Assembly (NCBI GenBank): GCA_963557965.1
Contig: CAUWEX010000001.1
Span: 38,811-102,810 of the forward strand
From: an uncultured Clostridia bacterium
GTDB lineage: Bacteria; Bacillota; Clostridia; TANB77; CAG-508
DNA length: 64,000 nucleotides
Direction of reading: 5' to 3'
The translations under genes were made by a program, and so were the position numbers. Below, one piece after another: positions 21,067 through 31,457 of the stretch. The number at the start of each line of letters is the position of its first letter. Positions within the stretch are counted from its first letter, which is position 1. The notes beneath the pieces were generated by a model. It worked only from the letters and a program-made list of their open reading frames with translations, did not search any database and was not told the DNA's origin.

Positions 21067-21738
21067 TTATATATGTTTTTTTATTTCGTTGTAAATCTCT
21101 TCATGTATATCATCTATTGCTCTAATTTCATTATCTTTTACACATTTAATTTCATACCAATTATACTTTTTAGAAACATCACATGCTGCTTCATATGCAT
21201 CTATTAAGTGGTTCTTATCTCTTTCGTGTATGTCTTTTTTCTCTTCATGCGTAAATTTATTTTCTCTGTTGGCCATTAATTCTAGCGATTTTTCTACTGG
21301 CATATTTAGAAAAAATACTTCACTTGGTACTGGTAAACCATATAAATTAAATTCGAAATCCCAAAGCCAATTTAAAAATTTTTCTCTTTCTTGTTCATCT
21401 TTTATTTTTCCGGCTTGATGTACCATATTAGCTGTTGTATATCTGTCTGCTAATATTATTCCACCTTCATTATAATATTTTTGATATCCTGTTTTAAATG
21501 TTGCATATCTATCTGCTGCATAAAAGGTTGATGCAATATATGGACTTACATCTTTTGCATTTTCTCCAAATTCTCCTGATAGATACATCTTCACTAATGA
21601 TGAGCTTGGGCTATCATAATTAGGAAAACTTACAACTCTATAGTCAATGCCATCTTCTTGTAATCTTTCTTGTAATTTTTGAAATTGTGTTTGTTTTCCG
21701 CTTCCATCAGTTCCATCTATAACGAATAATTTTCCCAT
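21067..21738 (-). CDS. tmk: Thymidylate kinase-like protein
   Basis: IDGTDGSGKQTQ P-loop, ILADRYTTAN. Confidence 0.82.
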   Translation of the reverse strand: MGKLFVIDGTDGSGKQTQFQKLQERLQEDGIDYRVVSFPNYDSPSSSLVKMYLSGEFGENAKDVSPYIASTFYAADRYATFKTGYQKYYNEGGIILADRYTTANMVHQAGKIKDEQEREKFLNWLWDFEFNLYGLPVPSEVFFLNMPVEKSLELMANRENKFTHEEKKDIHERDKNHLIDAYEAACDVSKKYNWYEIKCVKDNEIRAIDDIHEEIYNEIKKHI

Positions 21739-21739
21739 C

Positions 21740-21868
21740 TTATTCTTCTCCTTCTTTTTTGCTTGTATTTTCTTCTGATTGTTGTCTGTTTTTCTCCAAC
21801 ATTTTATTTATTGAATTTAATATATCATCTGAATTTTCATCAAAATCATCTCTTACTAAATTAAACAT
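21740..21868 (-). CDS. Small acidic hypothetical protein (42 aa)
   Basis: GGAGGAG RBS, MFNLVRDDFDENSDDILNSINKMLEKNRQQSEENTSKKEGEE; stop lies next to the tmk start. Confidence 0.5.
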   Translation of the reverse strand: MFNLVRDDFDENSDDILNSINKMLEKNRQQSEENTSKKEGEE

Positions 21869-21995
21869 TTTATCTCCTCCTTGCTACGTTTATTATACTA
21901 TTTTTATATTGTTAGTCAAGATAATTTTTATTTTATAGTAGACTTTTTTGTTTTTTTATTATACACTTTATTTACATTCAGAACGGAGGTTAAAA

Positions 21996-23204
21996 ATGGT
22001 AAATTCTTTTAAAAATTATGCAGCAAATGCTAACAATCCTAAGTGGGAAAATATTATATCTCGAGTTACACCTGTTGAAAAAAGAGATAATGATATACGA
22101 ACTGAATTTGATAGAGATTATACTCGTATCATACATTCTAATGCATATAGAAGGTTAAAACATAAAACACAAGTATTTTTTTCTCCTGAAAGCGACCATA
22201 TATGCACAAGAATTGAGCATGTAACTCATGTGGAATCTATTAGTTATACTATAGCAAGTCATTTAGGTTTAAACACTGAACTTACAAAAGCAATTGCTGT
22301 TGCTCATGATTTAGGTCATAGTCCTTTTGGTCATGAGGGTGAAGCAATCCTTTCAACTATATCTAAAAGAGATTTAAACACTACATTTTGGCATGAAAAA
22401 AACGGATTACATTTTGTTGACGACATTGAGCTTTTAGAAGGACATAATGGCTATAAGAAAAATTTAAATTTATGTTATGGCATTAGAGATGGAATCATTT
22501 CACATTGTGGAGAAATAAATGAAAACGCAATACGACCAAGAGATGAATTTATCGATTTAGACGAGTACACACGACCTAACCAGTATGCCCCATATACATG
22601 GGAAGCATGTGTTGTAAAAATTGCTGATAAAATTTCGTATATAGGCCGTGATATAGAAGATGCTATTTCTTTAGGAATTTTAGATAATCATTTGGATGAA
22701 TTGTATTCCGTATTGCGATTAGATTCTTATAATAACATCTTAAATAATAGTACAATAATTAATTACTTGGTTTGCGATTTGTGTGAAAATTCTTCTCCAG
22801 AAAAAGGCTTATGCTTCTCTAGTCAAGCACTACATTTAATGGATACAATTAAGGATTTTAATTATCAACATATTTATTTTAGTAATAGAATTATTAATTC
22901 CATTCCATATTTTGAATTAGTAATTAATAAAATATATGATATATTAAATAATTGTTTTGATGGTGAAAATACCTTAACAATTCTTAACGAATATAGACTG
23001 TCTTATCCAAAACTTGCTAATGAATTTTATCATTTTCTTGAAAATTATTGCAGTTTTGCTGATAGGAATCTTTTAAAGTTAAATAACAAAATTATTTTTG
23101 ATATTTCCAATCGTTCAGATTATCAAAGAGCAATTTTATCTTATATTTCAGGTATGACAGATAATTTTGCCATTGAAATTTATAACGAAATTATAAGATT
23201 TTAA
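21996..23204 (+). CDS. dGTP triphosphohydrolase-like HD protein
   Basis: RDYTRIIHSNAYRRLKHKTQV, HDLGHSPFGHEGE, YISGMTDNFA; ATG 21996 after GGAGG. Confidence 0.88.
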   Translation: MVNSFKNYAANANNPKWENIISRVTPVEKRDNDIRTEFDRDYTRIIHSNAYRRLKHKTQVFFSPESDHICTRIEHVTHVESISYTIASHLGLNTELTKAIAVAHDLGHSPFGHEGEAILSTISKRDLNTTFWHEKNGLHFVDDIELLEGHNGYKKNLNLCYGIRDGIISHCGEINENAIRPRDEFIDLDEYTRPNQYAPYTWEACVVKIADKISYIGRDIEDAISLGILDNHLDELYSVLRLDSYNNILNNSTIINYLVCDLCENSSPEKGLCFSSQALHLMDTIKDFNYQHIYFSNRIINSIPYFELVINKIYDILNNCFDGENTLTILNEYRLSYPKLANEFYHFLENYCSFADRNLLKLNNKIIFDISNRSDYQRAILSYISGMTDNFAIEIYNEIIRF

Positions 23205-23566
23205 TTAAAAGCCTGTTTTATATGATATACCTTGTAGATACTGTTATTTATCATAACTTCTATCACATCAAACCTGACAGGTATGTCATATAAACCATAT
23301 GTATAATTATAATATGATGCTACTAGTTTGATATGTTTTTGTTTAGTCTTGTTTACAGCCTCTTTGGGCTCACCATATATTATACTGCTTCGTGTTTTTA
23401 CTTCTACAAAAACTATCTCCTTGCTAGTTTCATCATATGCTATTATATCTATTTCTCCTTTTCTACATCTAAAATTTCTTTCTATTATTTTATAATTATT
23501 TTTTTCTAAATATTTTACTGCTATATTTTCCCCATTTTTCCCCCTTTCTTGTTTATCTATATACAT
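23201..23566 (-). CDS. YraN family protein
   Basis: GENIAVKYLE...RNFRCRKGEIDII...FVEVKTR, RFDVI. Confidence 0.92.
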   Translation of the reverse strand: MYIDKQERGKNGENIAVKYLEKNNYKIIERNFRCRKGEIDIIAYDETSKEIVFVEVKTRSSIIYGEPKEAVNKTKQKHIKLVASYYNYTYGLYDIPVRFDVIEVMINNSIYKVYHIKQAFN

Positions 23567-24429
23567 ATATAACCACCTTTCGTTTTTTGTATATATCCTT
23601 TTATTTCTAATATTAATATGCTTTCATTTATTTTATTAATTGGAATTTTTGTATTTTTATAAATATCTTCTATGTATTTTTTATTGGATTTTATAAGATT
23701 GTAAATTTCTTTTTCTTCTTGAGATGAAAATTTAAAATTAGTTATTGTTTTGTTATTTTTCATAAAAACATTTTCTTTATATTCTAAGCATTCAAATTGT
23801 TCTATTATGTCTTTAGTTGAAGTCGTTAAAATTGCTCCTTTTTGAATTAATTTATTACTTCCCACTCCATGTGAATTGTCTATTTCATGTGGTAAGACAA
23901 AAACTTTTCGATTTTGTTCTTTTGCAATCCTCGCTGTTACACTAGTTCCGCTCCTATATGCAGCTTCTACTACCAGTATCCCAAGAGATAATCCACTTAC
24001 TATTCTGTTTCTTTCTAAAAATTGTTTCGATTTTATTTCTGTTTTTGGTGGATACTCTGTAATTACTGCTCCATCATTTTCTATAATTTTATAATATAGC
24101 TCTTTGTTTTCTTTTGGGAAAATATTATCAAGACCTGTTCCCAAAACGGCAATAGTTTTGCCATTAATTTGCAATGCTCCTTTATGTGCATATGCATCTA
24201 TTCCTTTCGCCATTCCGCTTACAACACATAATCCTTGACCTGCAATTTCTTGTCCGAATTTTTCTGCTAATTTAGCTCCATTTGCTGAACAGTTTCTTGA
24301 ACCAATTATAGCTATTGACAGCTTGTTTAATATTTCTATATTCCCTTCTATATATAGTTGCTTTGGTGGATTTTTTATTTTCAATAATTGTTTTGGATAG
24401 TATTTACTATGTATTTCTATTTTTAACAT
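23557..24429 (-). CDS. dprA: DNA-processing protein DprA
   Basis: IAIIGSR, VSGMAKGIDAYAH, FLERNRIVSGLS, SGTSVTA. Confidence 0.93.
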   Translation of the reverse strand: MLKIEIHSKYYPKQLLKIKNPPKQLYIEGNIEILNKLSIAIIGSRNCSANGAKLAEKFGQEIAGQGLCVVSGMAKGIDAYAHKGALQINGKTIAVLGTGLDNIFPKENKELYYKIIENDGAVITEYPPKTEIKSKQFLERNRIVSGLSLGILVVEAAYRSGTSVTARIAKEQNRKVFVLPHEIDNSHGVGSNKLIQKGAILTTSTKDIIEQFECLEYKENVFMKNNKTITNFKFSSQEEKEIYNLIKSNKKYIEDIYKNTKIPINKINESILILEIKGYIQKTKGGYICI

Positions 24430-24432
24430 ATA

Positions 24433-25974
24433 TCATCTCCAATATTTTCTATCTAAACTTCTATATTGTATTGCTTCTGTAATGTGATGCAACGTAATTT
24501 TTTCTGCCATATCTAAATCTGCAATTGTTCTTGCTACTTTTAAAATTTTATTATATGCTCGTACACTAAGTCCTAACTTTTCAAAAGCATTTTCTAATAT
24601 TTCTTTGCTCTTGCTATCTATTCCACAGTACTTTTGTATCATATTAGTTTCAAGTTCTGAATTTGAATATATATTATATTTTTTATATCTTTCTAATTGT
24701 ATTGTTCTTGCCTTATTTACTCTTTCCCTTATTGTGCTAGATTTTTCTTCCTGTGTGTTTTTCTTTAAATTGTTATATTCTATATTGTGTACTTCTATAT
24801 GTAAATCAATTCTATCTAATAAAGGCCCACTGATTTTATTTAAGTATTTTTTTATCTGTTCTGGTGTACATGTACATTGTTTGTTCTTTGCTCCATAATA
24901 TCCACACGGACACGGATTCATGCTCGCAATTAAAATAAAATTACATGGATATGTTATACTTGTGTGTAACCTGCTTATTGTTATTTTTTTATCTTCCAGG
25001 GGGCCTCGTAATGTTTCCAAAACATTTCTATTAAATTCAAGTATTTCATCTAAAAATAATACTCCATAATGAGCCAAACTAATTTCCCCAGGCTTTGGTA
25101 TTTTTCCTCCTCCTACAAGTGATGTTGCAGTTATATTATGATGTGGACTTCTAAAAGGTCTATTGGTTATCAATGGGTTTTCTTTTGAAATCATTCCTGT
25201 AACACTATATATTTTAGTTACTTCTAACGCTTCTTCCATTGTTATATCAGGTAATATACTTGGAATTCTTTGTGCTAACATCGTTTTACCTGTACCAGGA
25301 CAACCAATTAATATACAATTATGCCCTCCTGCGGCCGCAATTTCTAATGCTCTTTTTGCATTTTCTTGACCTTTAACTTCAGAAAAATCAAACTGATATA
25401 ACGATTTGTTTTTTAGGTCTATTATTTGTGTTTGTAATTTTTCTATATATCCATCTCCATTTAAGTATTCAATAATTTCACTTAAATGGCTAATTGGCAA
25501 AACTTCAATTCCTTCTATTATACTTGCCTCTTTTGCATTTTCTTTGGGGATAACGACTCTTAAAATTCCTAACTTTTTTGCCTCTATTATGCTTGACAAA
25601 ATACCATTTACTTTTTCAACTTTTCCATTTAAAGATAATTCACCAATAAATATTGTATCTTCTAGAAATTGGTTTAAGTATTTATTTGTAATTTCTCCAC
25701 TTGCTATCAAAATTCCTAATGCTATTGGCAAGTCAAATTTTGAACCTTCTTTTCTAGTATTTGCAGGAGCGAGATTGATAACGATTTTTTTGCTGTTTAG
25801 ATGTATTCCTGTGTTCTTTATTGCTGTTTTTACTCTTTCTTTTGCTTCTTTTACGCTTATATCTGGCAAACCTACGATATCAAAACATGGCATTCCATTT
25901 GAAATATCTACTTGTATTGATACTAAATATCCATCAAGTCCTTTTAATGCCATACTTTTTACTATTGCTAACAT
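24433..25974 (-). CDS. comM: YifB/ComM Mg-chelatase-like AAA+ ATPase
   Basis: VGLPDISVKEAKERV, NLAPA, GCPGTGKT, PGEISLAHYGVLFLDE, MNPCPCGY. Confidence 0.93.
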   Translation of the reverse strand: MLAIVKSMALKGLDGYLVSIQVDISNGMPCFDIVGLPDISVKEAKERVKTAIKNTGIHLNSKKIVINLAPANTRKEGSKFDLPIALGILIASGEITNKYLNQFLEDTIFIGELSLNGKVEKVNGILSSIIEAKKLGILRVVIPKENAKEASIIEGIEVLPISHLSEIIEYLNGDGYIEKLQTQIIDLKNKSLYQFDFSEVKGQENAKRALEIAAAGGHNCILIGCPGTGKTMLAQRIPSILPDITMEEALEVTKIYSVTGMISKENPLITNRPFRSPHHNITATSLVGGGKIPKPGEISLAHYGVLFLDEILEFNRNVLETLRGPLEDKKITISRLHTSITYPCNFILIASMNPCPCGYYGAKNKQCTCTPEQIKKYLNKISGPLLDRIDLHIEVHNIEYNNLKKNTQEEKSSTIRERVNKARTIQLERYKKYNIYSNSELETNMIQKYCGIDSKSKEILENAFEKLGLSVRAYNKILKVARTIADLDMAEKITLHHITEAIQYRSLDRKYWR

Positions 25975-25987
25975 ATAGTTCCTTTCT

Positions 25988-26138
25988 CATATATTTAGAT
26001 TTCTGAGGCCACTATAAAACTTGTAAAATGGGAAATTTATCGATTAAAATGGGGAATAGTATCTATAAACGTTCTTGAAACAAAAAAATGTGCTTCTTAA
26101 AATAGGGGCTATAATGGCCTCAGAAATCTAAATATATG
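25988..26138. repeat. 151-bp element bounded by 29-bp inverted repeats (MITE-like)
   Basis: 25988-26016 versus 26110-26138, 1 mismatch. Confidence 0.8.
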
Positions 26139-26614
26139 TATATGTGTTTTTGTTTGGATTTTTTTCGATTAAAAATTCGAAGATTAAAATTTTGATTTGA
26201 ATAAATTTTCTATATCATACTCTCGTTTTTTTATTTTGTCAATAGCTTTTTTTAAGTTTTTTGGAAAAGCTTTAGAACAAAAGTCTTAAAATAGCTGAAT
26301 TTAATATATTTACAGGTAATATAATTTTTGTAAAAATTGAGGGAGAATAAGCTCCCTCATGATTATACGTCTTAATATGATTGTAAATTACACCTTAATT
26401 AATTTCGTTACTTATAATCTAATTGCTTTAATTACATTATCATATTTTATACTTTGTGCAATATTATACCTTTATCGCCCTTACTTCTTGTTTTTGTAAG
26501 TGAGAAAAATAAGACCTGGTACCCAATTTAAATAATGTGCTTACATTTTTCATTTAGTGAGCACATTAGTCAACTTCTTCTGACTAGTATTGTCTAGTTT
26601 ATTATTTCTCAAAA

Positions 26615-27178
26615 TTATATTCCGTATCTTCCTGTTATAAAGTCTCTAAACAAATTTACTTCTGGTGCACAATATGTAAATATTATAAATGTGAACACAA
26701 AGAATACGAGAATTATACTTGCTAAAACTTTAGATTTTGTATCACTTTCACTTTTTCTTTTTATAAATTTATATGCTACATATTCTCCTAAAATTATACT
26801 TATTAAAAATATCAAAACATCTATTATTAGAAGGTTCGTTCCCAATATTCCTGAATAAGTAAAAAATGTAACCACTACAAAGCTCATTGCGGTAAAGATA
26901 CCTATAGTTTTGGCTTCTAAATAATTATTAACTATATTTTTTACAAATGGATACTGTACAGCAGCCATTATTAGCATTGGAAAAAATACCATTTTTAAGT
27001 GTTCCCATACACTTTCATTTACTGGTACTATGCTTCCAATAATTTTATTTTTTCCTGTTAGCTGATATATAAAGTGCATTACTGTACCCAATATTATACT
27101 AAACACTATCACTATAAGTTCGCTTTGCATTAGTTTACTTTGTTTTACCTTTTTTAAATATTTTTTGATTTCTTCCAT
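26615..27178 (-). CDS. Membrane protein (DUF6512-like)
   Basis: GTVMHFIY, PVNESVWEHLKM. Confidence 0.7.
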   Translation of the reverse strand: MEEIKKYLKKVKQSKLMQSELIVIVFSIILGTVMHFIYQLTGKNKIIGSIVPVNESVWEHLKMVFFPMLIMAAVQYPFVKNIVNNYLEAKTIGIFTAMSFVVVTFFTYSGILGTNLLIIDVLIFLISIILGEYVAYKFIKRKSESDTKSKVLASIILVFFVFTFIIFTYCAPEVNLFRDFITGRYGI

Positions 27179-27249
27179 ATAAAAAGTCCTCCTTGTATCT
27201 ATTTATTTTATTTTTATGTAGATACAGCTTGGACCTATTACTAAATATT

Positions 27250-28708
27250 TTATAATTTTTCAATTATTAAGTTGTTTCTAGTTTTCTGCTTTTCAATTTC
27301 TTGATATCTATATGATAGAATTTTATATTCTTTCTTATTATCAAAAACAACTTTTATTATTTTTGTAAAGTTATTTTCTTTTGGTCTACTCATTTCTTCT
27401 ATTATTAAACTTGCTCTGGTTTTCTCTAACGTATCAAATGTATTCATGAAACCCATTCCTGTGCCGCCTTCGTCCTTATATGTTGTTGCTGGTTTCTTTC
27501 CTAGTTCCATTAATGTATTTATTTCAAATTCCACACCAGTATCACAAAAATATACTGCATATACTCCATTAATTTTACCTAATCTTACTAATATTTTGCG
27601 ATTTGTTGTTTCTGTATGTTTTATTGCTATTATTGCATCTTTTATATGGTCAGCAAGTATTGTTTCCAAATCGTCTTTGCTTATGTAATTGTTTATCATG
27701 TGATAAATGTTTCCACTTACTTGAAGCTGAAATTCGATATTATTTTTTATACATTCTGATTGCATATAGTCTAATATATTATCTATTTCTTCTATTCCTG
27801 TTTTTGTAAGTTCTACATTGCGACTTTGTTTCAGTTCTTTTGTTACATCATTAATTTGCTTTTTAATCTTTTCCGTTTCTATATTATTATTACTTTTAGA
27901 TAACATTTCTAATTTATGTTGTAATGCTTTCTGCTTATGTGCAATTGTATGACTAATTTTACTAAAGTTTAAGTTTTCTTCTTCCAATTTCTTAACATCA
28001 CTTTTGGCTTTTTCTAACTCTTCTTTTGTTTGTTCTAATGTTTTGATTAACATTTTGTGCTTGTAGTATAATTGTAGTGATTTTTGTATGGTTATACACA
28101 TTATTATTGAAAAAATGATTATGTAGATAAATAACTCTCTCTTTATTCCTAATTCTAAGTTAGTTAATAATATAAACGACAATATTAATGTTGCGCTAAT
28201 ATTCAATATCAATATTTCAAAATATTCATTGCTATTATTAAAAAAGTCTATGCCATTTCTAATCCTTTTTATTTTAAAAATTATTACTAATGTGCAAATA
28301 TACATTATCGTAATCAGAAGCATAATAATTAAGTCATTGTTTATTGTCAGAATTCCGCATATAAAAAACATTACAATCGTAGCAAGTGAATATAATATAT
28401 AATTTATACTTGTTGAACACACTGTCATAAATATGCTAAAACCGCATTTTCACCTTGCCTTCAAAAGAGTATATAATTGACATTGACATTATTAAAAGCA
28501 CAATAGCTATAAATGATTTGCTTATATTGGCATCTATGACAGCTATAACTATACTTATTAATGCTATTCTAAAAAGACTATCTGATTTTATTTTATGAAT
28601 TCCGTTTATACGATAATTTGTATAAAAAATAGCCATGATAAATATATAATTCTTTATACTTTCAATTAATATATCATTATTCAATACACTTCCACACCTT
28701 TCAATCAT
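27250..28708 (-). CDS. Membrane sensor with GHKL-type ATPase domain; interrupted by a +1 shift at in-frame CGG (28444-28442)
   Basis: Track ORFs 28436..28708 and 27250..28428 join as KVKM-(C)-GFSIFMTVCS. C-terminal DTG and GGTGMG boxes; H-box region degenerate. Confidence 0.7.
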
Positions 28709-28779
28709 ATTATAGAATAATAAAAAAAGATAATCAACATTATTTTGTTAATTACCTTTTTTATATACCTTCTTTTTAA

Positions 28780-28830
28780 TTATGGAAGCCATTTACTTAA
28801 CCATTCCAATAGTTGATCGTACCAGCTCAT
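28780..28830 (-). CDS. 16-aa Trp-rich peptide MSWYDQLLEWLSKWLP
   Basis: Strong RBS AAGGTGGTGA before ATG at 28830; lies between response regulator and sensor genes. Confidence 0.55.
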   Translation of the reverse strand: MSWYDQLLEWLSKWLP

Positions 28831-28972
28831 ACTTTTCACCACCTTTTTCTTTAGTTCTTTGTTTTTTATGTTTGTCTACAATAAAAAGATACCAATTATC
28901 TGTTTAAAATAACTGGTATCTCTTGATAGAAAAAGGTAGTAAAAACAAAATAAATCTAGTGTTTCTTAAACA

Positions 28973-29761
28973 CTAGATTTGCTTCTTAACTTTATCTACA
29001 TAATAATATATTAATTCCATAGGAGTTGGCTCTCCTGTTTGGTAATTTACAAGTACTGTATAATGTTCCATTAAATCATCTAATGAAGATTTGCTCCATG
29101 CACTTGCAATAGCTGTTCTCATTCCATTTATTATAGTTGTTTCTGCCTTTTGATATTTCTTAGCTAAATATCTACTTATATTTATTTCAGTATTTTCATT
29201 TTCAATTAGATACAATATTGCATCATGTATATATTTACGTCCTTTTAACTTTTTACTTATTCCAATTGAGTCTAATTCATGATTAATACATTCTGATATT
29301 TTCTCCGCCATATTCTCTGCTTCTTGTTCTAAATTTTCTATACTTTTAGGTGGTTCCGTATTTCTATACATAATAAAATTATTAAACACTGTGTCAGAAG
29401 AATAATGTAAATGTTCTTTATACATTATTAAATCAACTTCGTTTCTATGTAATATTTCATAAGTACGTTCTGCGTGAACGTGTGTTGTTACTATTACAAC
29501 TGGTTTGTATCCTAAATTTAATTTCTTAAGCTCTGTCATAAATCCTAAAGAGTTTTGATTTCCACTATTGCCATTATTTAATTCTACATCTAGGATAATG
29601 CCTTCCGGCTTTTTAGTTTTAACATATTTTAAACCTTCGATGTCAGAATTTGTTATTGCAACTATTTTTACATCTTTTCTTGTTTTTTCACATTTAACAA
29701 AATCTTTACAAGCTTGCTCATCATCTTCAATAATCAATATTGTCATCGGTTTAATTTTCAC
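28973..29761 (-). CDS. Response regulator with Spo0A-like C-terminal DNA-binding domain
   Basis: Receiver (IEDD...ILDVEL) plus LKGRKYIHDAI...AKKY...MRTAI...PTPMELI. Divergent paralog, not canonical spo0A. Confidence 0.75.
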   Translation of the reverse strand: MKIKPMTILIIEDDEQACKDFVKCEKTRKDVKIVAITNSDIEGLKYVKTKKPEGIILDVELNNGNSGNQNSLGFMTELKKLNLGYKPVVIVTTHVHAERTYEILHRNEVDLIMYKEHLHYSSDTVFNNFIMYRNTEPPKSIENLEQEAENMAEKISECINHELDSIGISKKLKGRKYIHDAILYLIENENTEINISRYLAKKYQKAETTIINGMRTAIASAWSKSSLDDLMEHYTVLVNYQTGEPTPMELIYYYVDKVKKQI

Positions 29762-29851
29762 GCTTCTAGCCTCCTTTTCGACATAAATATATCATAAAAC
29801 ACTATATAATACTATATAAATTTATCATTTTTTGTTACATATCTTTATTTC

Positions 29852-30244
29852 TTGTCATATAAAATGAACAAAAAGTGGTATGGGGTGATTTATATAAAAA
29901 TGAATGATAGTAAAGAAGATATCAAAGATAAAATTGCAAGAGGTAAAAGAATTAAAGCTATTAGAGAAAATGAATTACACATGAATAAAACTCAACTAGC
30001 TTCATTACTTGGGATTTCAGGTCAATTCCTAGGCTTAGTAGAAAGTGGCAGAGGTAATCTTATATATCCATATTTAAAGAAGTTGGTTGAAATTAGTGGA
30101 CATTCAGCTGATTACATCTTATTCGGACTAGATGATACTGTAATAACAGAAACAAAAAAGTTATTACAAAATTTTACACATAAGGAAGTTGTCGATAGTA
30201 TCGAATTAGTAAAAACAATATCTCATTTTATCCAATATATGTGA
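29852..30244 (+). CDS. XRE-family HTH regulator
   Basis: RIKAIRE...KTQLASLLGISGQFLGLVESGR...ADYILFG; start uncertain. Confidence 0.8.
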   Translation: MSYKMNKKWYGVIYIKMNDSKEDIKDKIARGKRIKAIRENELHMNKTQLASLLGISGQFLGLVESGRGNLIYPYLKKLVEISGHSADYILFGLDDTVITETKKLLQNFTHKEVVDSIELVKTISHFIQYM

Positions 30245-30299
30245 TAATTCTTAAAAACATAAAAAACGATAAATCCTTTTTAAGGACTTACCGTTTTAA

Positions 30300-30656
30300 T
30301 TATTTTAATAAATTTTCTTCCCATTCTTTTTGTCTAAAACCCGTAAGAATTATATCATCTGCTATAAAAAGTGGTCTTTTTATTAGCATTCCATCACTGG
30401 CCAATAATTTTATCTTTTCTTCGTCATCCATTTGTGGCAATTTATCTTTTAAATTTAATTCTTTATATTTTAACCCACTCGTATTAAAAAATTTCTTGAT
30501 ATCTTTTCCACTTTCTTTTATCCACTTTGTTAATTCTTGAACTGTTGGCTTTTCTTCTAAAATATGCCTATCTTGAAATTCTATATTGTTTGCTTCTAAC
30601 CATTTTTTAGCTTTTTGGCATGTTGAACATTTTGGATATTCTATAAATAAATTCAT
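30300..30656 (-). CDS. ArsC/Spx-like family protein
   Basis: YPKCSTCQKAKKWL, FFNTSG, MLIKRP. Confidence 0.88.
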   Translation of the reverse strand: MNLFIEYPKCSTCQKAKKWLEANNIEFQDRHILEEKPTVQELTKWIKESGKDIKKFFNTSGLKYKELNLKDKLPQMDDEEKIKLLASDGMLIKRPLFIADDIILTGFRQKEWEENLLK

Positions 30657-30659
30657 TTT

Positions 30660-31442
30660 CTACACTCCTACACTCATTGTTTCAGGTAATGTTGATCCTC
30701 CATCTATTACGAAGCTTTGTCCTGTAATATATGATGCTTCATTACTTGCTAAAAATGCAGCTAATTCTCCTAATTCTTCAATTGTTCCTAATCTTCCCAT
30801 TGGAATTCCTTTTGCAATCCCTTCTACTACCCCATTTGGGTTATTGCTATCTGAATCTTTTGCAATTCCTTCTACCATTGGTGTCATGATATAGCCTGGT
30901 AAAATTGCATTTACACGTATTCCTTTATTTACAACTTCTGCTGCTAAACCTTTTGTAAATCCTAATAATGCAGCTTTTGTTGTCGCATATGCTACTTCTC
31001 CTGTATCTGCAACCATTGTACCTGTTACAGATGATAAGTTTACTATAGCTCCATTTTTTGGCATATATGGTAAAACTTCTTGAGACATATTCCATGCCCC
31101 TTTAATATTGATGTCAAAATGGAAGTCTCTTATTTCGTCTGTTGTTTCAGCAAATGGTGTTAGTTTTGCAACACCTGCATTATTTACTAAAATGTCTATT
31201 TTTCCATATCTTTCAATAACTTTTTCTACACTTTCTTTTATTTTGCTTTTATTTCTGATATCTACTAAATATCCATCTACGTCATTGCCTTCTTTTCTTA
31301 AATCATCTACTGTTTGTATTAATTTGTCTGAATAATCAAAAATTATTACTTTTGCTCCATGTTTTAAGAATACCTTTACAATTCCTAGCCCATTTCCCAT
31401 GGCTCCTCCTGTTACAATTGCTACCTTATTTTCTAACTTCAT
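30660..31442 (-). CDS. SDR oxidoreductase, UcpA-like
   Basis: TGGAMGNG, NNAG, SSVTGTMVAD, YATTK. Confidence 0.85.
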   Translation of the reverse strand: MKLENKVAIVTGGAMGNGLGIVKVFLKHGAKVIIFDYSDKLIQTVDDLRKEGNDVDGYLVDIRNKSKIKESVEKVIERYGKIDILVNNAGVAKLTPFAETTDEIRDFHFDINIKGAWNMSQEVLPYMPKNGAIVNLSSVTGTMVADTGEVAYATTKAALLGFTKGLAAEVVNKGIRVNAILPGYIMTPMVEGIAKDSDSNNPNGVVEGIAKGIPMGRLGTIEELGELAAFLASNEASYITGQSFVIDGGSTLPETMSVGV

Positions 31443-31457
31443 ATTAACTACCTCCTA

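Noticed and set aside
21948-21995. In-frame CGG (21984) in the track ORF 21948..23204 without a frameshift
   Set aside because: It is part of the GGAGG RBS upstream of the likely true ATG at 21996, so it is not translated and is not a counter-example.
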